A stretch of DNA of 63,847 bases, the filler included, from Vermamoeba vermiformis (Eukaryota), in assembly GCA_045837725.1 (NCBI GenBank). It is 4 parts of 4 records of this genome, joined end to end, with 100 filler letters (N's around TTAATTAATTAA, not from the genome) between each part and the next. Parts side by side here need not be neighbours in the genome. Positions count along the whole stretch, not along the records: positions 28,456 to 55,348 come from JBEWZL010000042.1; 3 more parts are not named here. One strand, 5' to 3'. Positions 47,883 through 55,448 of the stretch are shown piece after piece. Position 1 is the stretch's first letter. Each line of letters starts with the position of its first letter. The position numbers and the translations under genes are program-made. A model generated the notes under the pieces. It was not told the DNA's origin and searched no databases. It saw only the letters and a program-made list of their open reading frames with translations.

Positions 47883-48296
47883 ATGATCATCGAAGCCTTG
47901 ATCGCAATAACGATCGTGCTACTTGCCAACATCACCATCCAACTCCTGCGAATTCAAAATGCTCTTCGAGACTTGTCGACGAAGCAATATGAGAAAACAC
48001 AGTCAAAGCCTACTGAGAACGATCAACAAGCCATCGATGCTCGGTTTGCCAAGCAACTTCAACAAAATTTTACAGACCGTGTCAGGTCGTATGCAGCAGC
48101 AAGACTGCCGTGGTACAAACGCCCAGTCCTCAATGTTCTCACTTTCAAAATGATCAAGATAAAATATCTAGAGGCTAAGCAGAGTGGCAATGACTTGCGA
48201 CAAATGCTCATAGGTATTGGAATGCAAGACTCTGCTCAATTTGCGAAGGACATAGCCCAGTACGAGGGGGTGTTGCAGAGATTGTTGGAGTTGTGA
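47883..48296 (+). CDS. hypothetical protein with N-terminal TM segment
   Basis: MIIEALIAITIVLLANITIQLL. Confidence 0.6.
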   Translation: MIIEALIAITIVLLANITIQLLRIQNALRDLSTKQYEKTQSKPTENDQQAIDARFAKQLQQNFTDRVRSYAAARLPWYKRPVLNVLTFKMIKIKYLEAKQSGNDLRQMLIGIGMQDSAQFAKDIAQYEGVLQRLLEL

Positions 48297-48343
48297 AAAC
48301 TTTTTTATTTTGGAATTATAGCACATTCTTGACAAACGCAAAA

Positions 48344-49627
48344 ATGGCCACCTCGAAGACTCACTTCATGGAGAATTGGAAGCAAAGCGCTTCTGTTCTT
48401 CCAGCCCCCGGCGAGAATTTCTCGAATTGGGCTGACTTGGCTTATACCCATGTGAAGGGCGCCGATGGTATGACTCGCTTAATGCCGGAAAATGCAATGC
48501 ACGAGCGCATCACCAACTCTGCAATGTACACCTACTTTCCTGCCAATTCTGGTGGATCGGGAGCCGTAGGCAATAATACCTTCGTCTTCAACATCCCACA
48601 AGGTTCAGTGATCGACTGTGAAGATGTCCTTCTCTACGCCACCGTTACCGAAACGGGAGGTACCAATAACATTGTCTATGCACCGATGGATTTGTGGCTT
48701 CAACGTGTTAACATCGCTTTCAATGGTGGATCGCAGGACATGATGCAATTTCAATTCGCGAATGTTTACTTGCACAACTGGATGAGCCGATACAACGAAG
48801 GTTGGCAAAAATATTCAGCATTGAACAACGCTTCATCAACCTCTCCCATTACTACACCGGCCACTTTGGCTGCTGGTGCTTCCGCTAACTGGGCAATCAG
48901 CATCCCTTCCTTGCTCAGTCAAGCCTCGATCTTCTTCAAGGACCTGAAAGGAGACATAGTGATCACAGTGCAAACATTGCCTTTGGCTAACATCACAGTA
49001 AGTGGAACTGGTGTTGGTGCACTTAGCAATGTGCAGCTCGTTCTCAAACAAAAGGATGCCCTTGATTCTGAGCTAAACCGCAAGTATCGCTTGATGCAAG
49101 AGTATCCCTTGTACGCCAGATATACTGACGGGCTGTACCAAAGTTTCCTCGGTTCCACATTGACTGCCTCAAGCACTCAGTCATTCCAACTTTCCGGTGT
49201 TAACGGCCTTGTACCATGGCTTATCTACACCATTCGCCCTAGCTCACTCGTAGGTGCGAATCTGTACACCTTCTCTTCGCTCGGCCCCAACGGCACCGTC
49301 GATGTAAAATCGGGTGCAGGCTACACGATCTTGGGTAGTGGTAATGTTCCCGAGTTCATCCTCAAGCTGAAGTCCGCTGATGATTGGCCCTCTGGTTTCT
49401 TCTCTACAACCAACGTTGGCTTGATCAACTTCTGCGCTGAACCCTCGAAAACTTGGAAGACTGGAGAACTCACTGGTGGATACTGCTTCGATAATAACCA
49501 CTTCCTTGTTCTCACACCTGGCGCTACCTTCTCATCTGGCACCTACTCGCTAGAAATCTATGGTGTCCGCTCGCAATTGATGAGACTCGACAAAAACGGA
49601 ATTGCAACAAAGTTGGGAGCCATCTAA
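48344..49627 (+). CDS. putative double-jelly-roll major capsid protein
   Basis: 427 aa, beta-strand-rich (FVFNIPQGSVIDCEDVLLYAT, WAISIPSLL..IFFKDLKGDIVITV); immediately upstream of the penton-like gene in an element with an A32 ATPase; fold inferred, not shown. Confidence 0.72.
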   Translation: MATSKTHFMENWKQSASVLPAPGENFSNWADLAYTHVKGADGMTRLMPENAMHERITNSAMYTYFPANSGGSGAVGNNTFVFNIPQGSVIDCEDVLLYATVTETGGTNNIVYAPMDLWLQRVNIAFNGGSQDMMQFQFANVYLHNWMSRYNEGWQKYSALNNASSTSPITTPATLAAGASANWAISIPSLLSQASIFFKDLKGDIVITVQTLPLANITVSGTGVGALSNVQLVLKQKDALDSELNRKYRLMQEYPLYARYTDGLYQSFLGSTLTASSTQSFQLSGVNGLVPWLIYTIRPSSLVGANLYTFSSLGPNGTVDVKSGAGYTILGSGNVPEFILKLKSADDWPSGFFSTTNVGLINFCAEPSKTWKTGELTGGYCFDNNHFLVLTPGATFSSGTYSLEIYGVRSQLMRLDKNGIATKLGAI

Positions 49628-49707
49628 AGTCTTCAAAAAAAGACCACTTCACTGATCGAACCCATATTTTTTGTCGTCAATTATAGGCAGCCCGCTAGCA
49701 TTCAACG

Positions 49708-50481
49708 ATGTGTGACCGTAAGTCAAAGCCACCAACATACAAAACGCAACTCGTCCTATCCACTGCGGATTCAGGTGTCATCAAAAACAATAGTGACACG
49801 TCCGACGTCACTTGGCAATTGCAACGCGCTGTTCAAAATGTATTTTGCATTGAACTCGCACAAGTTTTCTTCCCAGCAGGAGCAGTGCCGAATGTATCTA
49901 GCCATTTCCAGAACAATGTGTTTCAGTTCCAAGTAGGGGCGACGACCTACACCTGTACAATCCCAACAGGAAGCTACTCGACGGCAACTTTGGCCACGGC
50001 ACTCAACAATGCAATGACACAGTTGATAAACAATAACTGGAACGTCATTTTCGATCAGACAACATTCCTGCTGACAATCACTGGAACCGCTGCGTTCAGT
50101 TTGAAGTTCAACAGCTACCCGTACACCGCGAAGTTATTGGGCTTCTCAGCAACGACGACAAGTTCGGCGACAAGCGTCACAGGGTCACAGCAGTACAACC
50201 TCATTCTACCTTTCCACTATTACATCACGATGGACAATGTGCCAAGTGACATAATCATCGGGTCGCAGAATGCTCCGGCCCCGACCTTTGTCATTCCAGT
50301 CGTTGGCGATTCAGGTGACTTTGCGTTGTACAACAGAAATTCGCAGTATGACCAAGACGTGGAGTTGAAAGCGAAGACCCGCTTTACATCATTCAACGTG
50401 AGAATAACGGACAAGTTCGGTGTCGTTCCGTTGAATAACATGGATTGGTCGATGACATTGTTACTCGAAAGTGAAATCTAA
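49708..50481 (+). CDS. putative single-jelly-roll minor capsid (penton) protein
   Basis: QLVLSTAD...QNVFCIELAQVFFP...IPTGSYS...LLGFS...FVIPV...VRITDKFG.VPLNNMDWSMTL matches the pattern of PLV/NCLDV penton proteins. Confidence 0.78.
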   Translation: MCDRKSKPPTYKTQLVLSTADSGVIKNNSDTSDVTWQLQRAVQNVFCIELAQVFFPAGAVPNVSSHFQNNVFQFQVGATTYTCTIPTGSYSTATLATALNNAMTQLINNNWNVIFDQTTFLLTITGTAAFSLKFNSYPYTAKLLGFSATTTSSATSVTGSQQYNLILPFHYYITMDNVPSDIIIGSQNAPAPTFVIPVVGDSGDFALYNRNSQYDQDVELKAKTRFTSFNVRITDKFGVVPLNNMDWSMTLLLESEI

Positions 50482-50515
50482 GCACCATTGCTAATTTTTT
50501 AGTGGTATTATAGCC

Positions 50516-50842
50516 ATGACGACAGCAGTCGAACAAAGATTCCGTGAAGAGATTAGGGTGCTCGTTCAATCGAGCCCGTTCTTGCCAGAGCTCACTCAAC
50601 TGAGACGAGAGTTGCTCGTAGATAAGCAGTATGTGATGGTAGTCAACGGAAATGTAATCAATAAACAACTTTCAGACAGATTGGCCTTGGACTTACTGAC
50701 AGAATTCAGTTGCATCAGTCTCGACAAGGACGACGATGAAATTCTCTACATTCGCATGAGGAATGCCGAAACAAGACAAACACTGATGTTCAAGTTCATT
50801 CCATCGAGGGAGGGCCAACCAGCAATCTTAGAGAAAGTATAA
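50516..50842 (+). CDS. hypothetical viral protein
   Basis: 108 aa with element-type upstream motif. Confidence 0.6.
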   Translation: MTTAVEQRFREEIRVLVQSSPFLPELTQLRRELLVDKQYVMVVNGNVINKQLSDRLALDLLTEFSCISLDKDDDEILYIRMRNAETRQTLMFKFIPSREGQPAILEKV

Positions 50843-50879
50843 GGATTTTTATTTTTTTTATTGTATAGACTCTTTCGCA

Positions 50880-53507
50880 ATGGATAAGGCACAAGTCCGT
50901 AGAAAGAACGCTTTGAACTCGAATGCCTTGGGCAACGGGTCAACTACCCAAATTACCTACAACATTACTCCGGGCAGTGGATTGCCCATCTCGTACAGTG
51001 GTCCAACAGCCACTTCGCCTGCAATTCAACTCAACGTGACTGGTGACACAAACAACCGTTGGGTTTTGAATGTATCAGGCACGCAGACCTTCAGTGACGG
51101 TACCGGAACTGCAGCGAACACCGTTATTTTGGCGTACAAAGGGAGTGGTTCAGAGCTCCAAGTGCAGGACTCCACTGGTGCGGTTCTTGGCACTATCAAT
51201 GCAGGAAAGTTCATTTCCTTAGCGCAAACAGCAACGAACACTCGGGTCTTCGAAGTCGCGTTGTCCACCGATTCATTCCGTCGCTTGTTCGCAACTGCTG
51301 GCGGAAAGCTCGGAGTAGGCACAGGCACGTCCAGTTCTGTTCAAGTCCTTGGCATCAACTCGACTTCTGGCTACATGACCCTTGCTAATACCGAATCGGC
51401 CGAAACAGGAGGTGATTTTCGATCGGACAACCTCACTGGTAATGTGCAGGTAAGTACACCGTTGATTGTGACATCGGCTGGAGATCTGACCATTACGCCA
51501 GCTGGTAGCAATGTGAAGTTGAGTGGAAAAAATTTGAATAACTTCGCGACGGCAACGGCCACCACCAGTCTTGTCACACCACTGCTTACCTCTGCATCTG
51601 GCGACCTCAATATCAGCAGTGCGGGTACCAACGTCAACCTGAGCGGAAAGACACTCAAAAATGTCCCTGTCATCGATGCAAGTGTCGCGGGCTCTCTGCA
51701 AATCTCAGGTGGCTTCGTGAACATGCTGTTGAATGATATTCGCGCTGCAAACAGCATCACGGCCAACTCACTGACGTCCCCCTTGATCAACACAACGAGT
51801 GGCAATCTTGTTCTCAATCCTACTGGAAGTGCCGTTGACTTCAGTGGTAAGCAAATCATCAATGCAATCTTACCATCGAGCGGGCTTACATTCCCTATCA
51901 GTTACACGTCACCCAATGGAACGAATAAATTTCTGTTCGTCAATCAAACTGGGGATAGTTACGAGCGATGGGCTGTCGACGCAAGTGGCATGCAGACCTT
52001 TGGCCCAGGCAGTGCCTCGATAGCAAACGATGTTTGGTTTTACCGTACTAATGTTGGTGAACTTCTCATCAGTGGTCAACCTCCATCGAACGGCGTGAAA
52101 AATGGAGCTTTGGCCGTGAACACCATTCGAGGTGTAGATGGCTTGAGCTTCAATGTTGCTGGCGACATATTGCTCAACCCGAGCGGTGTGGTCAATGTCA
52201 ACGGAAAGACCCTACAGAATGGTGTATTGACTTATGCCAACAACACCGTAGTCAGCACGTTCATATCGTCACGCATAGTTGGAGATACATACGACCGAGT
52301 TCAAATCGACAACCAAGGCTTCATCTACTTCGGTGGTGGTACAGCAACCCCAGACATCTCCTTCTCGCGTCAGGATGCGAACACACTCAGAGTCAATGGT
52401 GGGTTAGGTTTCTCGCGAGGTAATTTGCGTTTCGACACGGCGTATTCGAACAACATCACCAGCAACACGTTCAATTACGTGAATGTTTGCGCCTCTGGTT
52501 CAACAAATGGCACTGGTACGAACAACACATCGATATCCACCACCGGTGCTGATTTCAGTTTGGGCACCAATCGAAGTACCGCAATTAGCAGTGGTTCGAT
52601 CTCTTTCGGTGCTGGTAATTCATGTGCTTCGGTCGGAAGTGCCGCCACTTCATTCGGTTCTGGCAGTAACAATGTCTCGATAGCTAATACGGCCTGTACC
52701 ATGGGATCCACACAATACAGCACCATCATGAGTTCGACGAACGGCACCATCACGGCAACATCAGGCTGTAATATGATACTTGGTTCTGGTAACGGCAACA
52801 CTTCGATTACTGGCACGGCAGGAGGAACATTATTGTGGGGCTCGTACATCTCAACCAACAATGCAAATGTCTTCGGTGTGTCAGACTCAAGTTCTACAGC
52901 CGTTTCTGTCGGGACCTCAAAGACATTTTACGGTCGCATGAGCGGGGGGTACTATCTCGCTACTAACGCAGCAGCGAGCACTGGAATGCAGTTAAGTGGT
53001 GGTTCATCATCGTGGGGTGCGATTAGTGACGCTCGATTGAAGCGCATTCACGATGAAGTTCGTGTCTTGGACAAGGTTGAGAAACTTCGAGTTGTTCGCT
53101 ACAACTACAAGTCTGATGAGGAACATGAGGAGCCACGTCTTGGTATGATCGCGCAAGATGTCAACACTCTCTATGCTGATTTGGGAGTGCGTCGCAACTA
53201 CTCGCTCAACCACCCAGAGAGCAAAGAGGGTGATCCAATCCAAACGGTCTCCGGCGATGAGATTGCTTACTTGTCACTGGCCGCAATCAAAGAGCTCAAG
53301 GTGGAGGTCGAGAGTCTTCGCAGTGAGAATGCAAACCTTCGACACGCCAGCGATCAATTGCACAACGAAATCGATCGTTTGACTGTCGCGCATTCGTCGC
53401 TTGAATCGAAGTACGATGCGCTTGCAGACGAGACTCGAAAGCTCAGAGACGGCCTCGCTAAAGTGATGAATGTCCTCAGAAGTGCAAAGCCAACAGACAA
53501 AAAATAA
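50880..53507 (+). CDS. fibre/spike protein with C-terminal peptidase S74 intramolecular chaperone and coiled coil
   Basis: Gly/Ser/Thr/Asn-rich repeats; SDARLK...LDKVEKLRVVRYNYK...LGMIAQDV...LAAIKELK. Confidence 0.82.
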   Translation: MDKAQVRRKNALNSNALGNGSTTQITYNITPGSGLPISYSGPTATSPAIQLNVTGDTNNRWVLNVSGTQTFSDGTGTAANTVILAYKGSGSELQVQDSTGAVLGTINAGKFISLAQTATNTRVFEVALSTDSFRRLFATAGGKLGVGTGTSSSVQVLGINSTSGYMTLANTESAETGGDFRSDNLTGNVQVSTPLIVTSAGDLTITPAGSNVKLSGKNLNNFATATATTSLVTPLLTSASGDLNISSAGTNVNLSGKTLKNVPVIDASVAGSLQISGGFVNMLLNDIRAANSITANSLTSPLINTTSGNLVLNPTGSAVDFSGKQIINAILPSSGLTFPISYTSPNGTNKFLFVNQTGDSYERWAVDASGMQTFGPGSASIANDVWFYRTNVGELLISGQPPSNGVKNGALAVNTIRGVDGLSFNVAGDILLNPSGVVNVNGKTLQNGVLTYANNTVVSTFISSRIVGDTYDRVQIDNQGFIYFGGGTATPDISFSRQDANTLRVNGGLGFSRGNLRFDTAYSNNITSNTFNYVNVCASGSTNGTGTNNTSISTTGADFSLGTNRSTAISSGSISFGAGNSCASVGSAATSFGSGSNNVSIANTACTMGSTQYSTIMSSTNGTITATSGCNMILGSGNGNTSITGTAGGTLLWGSYISTNNANVFGVSDSSSTAVSVGTSKTFYGRMSGGYYLATNAAASTGMQLSGGSSSWGAISDARLKRIHDEVRVLDKVEKLRVVRYNYKSDEEHEEPRLGMIAQDVNTLYADLGVRRNYSLNHPESKEGDPIQTVSGDEIAYLSLAAIKELKVEVESLRSENANLRHASDQLHNEIDRLTVAHSSLESKYDALADETRKLRDGLAKVMNVLRSAKPTDKK

Positions 53508-53525
53508 AGCCCTTGCACTTCTTTT

Positions 53526-53720
53526 TTATTTTTCCTCATTGCCGCACCCACAGCCACCATCAGGCTCGTGCGTGGCAATTACATACGCCCCAGTGATGCC
53601 CAATGAAGCCTTCAGTGCTACATCACTGCTCACACCGACTAAGTGAAGTAAGCCGTAAATTGGCAGGAGGGTGAGTATACTTTTGACGGCACTCTTTTTC
53701 AGACCGTCCTCGAAACACAT
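53526..53720 (-). CDS. small hydrophobic protein
   Basis: 64 aa, two hydrophobic stretches. Confidence 0.45.
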   Translation of the reverse strand: MCFEDGLKKSAVKSILTLLPIYGLLHLVGVSSDVALKASLGITGAYVIATHEPDGGCGCGNEEK

Positions 53721-53785
53721 ACTTGCTTATTTCGTCTCTATAGAAGGTGTGGAAACTTTTTTGGTTTCTCCTTATACATCTTACA

Positions 53786-54226
53786 ATGTCAGATAACAAG
53801 AAAGAGACAGGGGCGATTGTACTCGGAGGTGTTACTGCTCTTGGTGTTACTGGTTTGTTAGCCGCCTTTGACCTTCCACCGACGCTCGCGGCACTAGCAG
53901 GACTGTCAGCAGGTGGTGCAGCTTATTATGTCCAGCGACCAGTCCCAGAGGAACAGCAAGAACCAATTGTGACTGAGCAACCATGGTATTGTACCGGCCT
54001 TTTATCATACGCCAATCCGAATTGCGATTCTGGAATACCTTTCAAGTGTCGATGGGGTCCACTCAGTTACCTTGCAGATTGCCCAGGTCTACCAGGAAAG
54101 AAGGCAGTTGACAATCTTACGAGCTTGCCTGGGTTCCTACTCAACAATTTGGACAAGATCGTGATTGGGGTCGCAGCGGTCGGCGCGCTTCAAATCATCG
54201 CCACTGGACGTCAGGCTTTTGGATAA
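53786..54226 (+). CDS. membrane protein with Cys-containing loop
   Basis: TM segments at both ends; short internal repeat GLLSYANPNC / GPLSYLADC. Confidence 0.6.
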   Translation: MSDNKKETGAIVLGGVTALGVTGLLAAFDLPPTLAALAGLSAGGAAYYVQRPVPEEQQEPIVTEQPWYCTGLLSYANPNCDSGIPFKCRWGPLSYLADCPGLPGKKAVDNLTSLPGFLLNNLDKIVIGVAAVGALQIIATGRQAFG

Positions 54227-54252
54227 AAAAAAGAGAAGGGGTCTTTATTTTT

Positions 54253-54591
54253 TTACAATCTGTCCGCAAGCATGAGTCCAGCGAAAACTCCCAGTGCAGT
54301 GAAGCCTGAAGAAATATAGGGTTTGATTGACGGATAGCTGTTCGCAATGGGCCAATACAAGTTTCGTCCACCGATCAATTGAACGGCAGCCACCGAGCCA
54401 GCGACAAGCATTGATGTTTGCAATGAACCCGTCGCCGCAATTGTGGTAGCTCCAGTGAGAGTTGCTGAACTTAGTGCCGCTGGGAGAGATTGGTTAATGT
54501 CACTGACGGCCGCATACAAGGGTGGCCACAAATAAGCACCTCCGTAGTGGTCTACTAGAGTCGCGGCTCCTGTTATCGCGAGTGTATTCAT
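54253..54591 (-). CDS. small Gly/Ala-rich membrane protein
   Basis: 112 aa hydrophobic; resembles 54634-54999. Confidence 0.6.
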   Translation of the reverse strand: MNTLAITGAATLVDHYGGAYLWPPLYAAVSDINQSLPAALSSATLTGATTIAATGSLQTSMLVAGSVAAVQLIGGRNLYWPIANSYPSIKPYISSGFTALGVFAGLMLADRL

Positions 54592-54633
54592 TCTGTCGAG
54601 TATAACAGAAAAAAATAAAAAGATTTTACTTTC

Positions 54634-54999
54634 TTACTCCATGAGGTATGTGTATGCGGCACTACCGATCAATGCACCGATGCCAGTCATGAGCGAACCT
54701 TCACTACCGATAAGGAACTCGTTGGTGGTCCCAGCGACGGCAGAACGGTATAAGGGACGAAGTACTGCTTGGCTCGCACCTGCGCCTACAGCAGCCGAAA
54801 TGATGGTTCCTTTGTCGATGTCGCTCATGAGGTACATGGCCCCGAGACCAGCGAGGCCACCCATGAGCACTGCGTTCAGGACAGGACCGACCGTGTTACC
54901 GTTGGTTCTCGCTAAGGTGGGATAAGTGTAGGGAGATAGAACTTGGTCGCCAATGAGAGCGAGAGCTCCGATTGAGGCTGGGATTGCAATGTCTTCCAT
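54634..54999 (-). CDS. small Gly/Ala-rich membrane protein
   Basis: 121 aa hydrophobic. Confidence 0.6.
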   Translation of the reverse strand: MEDIAIPASIGALALIGDQVLSPYTYPTLARTNGNTVGPVLNAVLMGGLAGLGAMYLMSDIDKGTIISAAVGAGASQAVLRPLYRSAVAGTTNEFLIGSEGSLMTGIGALIGSAAYTYLME

Positions 55000-55125
55000 C
55001 GTTTGTTATTTGTCGGTGGGTCTATAAATATAAAAAATAAATACTCACACTCCTTTGCTTATTCCTGGTCGCGAGGGTTTGGGTGTACCTAGGGTTTGTA
55101 TACCTATATGTAAGATGTGCGTACT

Positions 55126-55304
55126 TGAAAACGGCTTAGCCCTAGAACGATATCGGCCAGAATAACGAGGTATAATACTACTGAAATGCGGGTATCCGCA
55201 CTGCTCGTATATACGAGCGATTTCATATAGGGAAAAACCGCCGCCATAACCTGCTAATTTTTCGTATGGATTGGTCATGGTATTATTCGCCTCAGCCGTT
55301 TTCA
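55126..55304 (+). repeat. right terminal direct repeat (179 bp, TG...CA)
   Basis: Base-for-base identical to 30743-30921 by eye. Confidence 0.97.
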
Positions 55305-55309
55305 CCTGC
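55305..55309 (+). repeat. target-site duplication, right copy (CCTGC)
   Basis: Matches 30738-30742. Confidence 0.93.
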
Positions 55310-55348
55310 GTACGAAAGTTCTTTCTTCAGCTCTTCAGCGCTCTCAGT

Positions 55349-55448
55349 NNNNNNNNNNNNNNNNNNNNNNNNNNNNNNNNNNNNNNNNNNNNTTAATTAA
55401 TTAANNNNNNNNNNNNNNNNNNNNNNNNNNNNNNNNNNNNNNNNNNNN
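55349..55448. other. artificial contig spacer
   Basis: N run with TTAATTAATTAA. Confidence 0.97.

Larger units (their letters stand above)
30743..55304. mobile_element. endogenous Polinton-like/PLV-type DNA virus, 24,562 bp, with LTR-like terminal direct repeats
   Basis: Identical 179-bp direct repeats, 5-bp TSD, about 30 densely packed intronless ORFs including integrase, primase-helicase, HUH endonuclease, packaging ATPase, capsid-like proteins and fibre. Confidence 0.92.

Noticed and set aside
30743-55304. Interpretation as an LTR retrotransposon or endogenous retrovirus
   Set aside because: Despite TG...CA repeats, a 5-bp TSD and an integrase, there is no gag, protease, RT or RNase H ORF and no primer-binding site; the internal genes are DNA-virus genes
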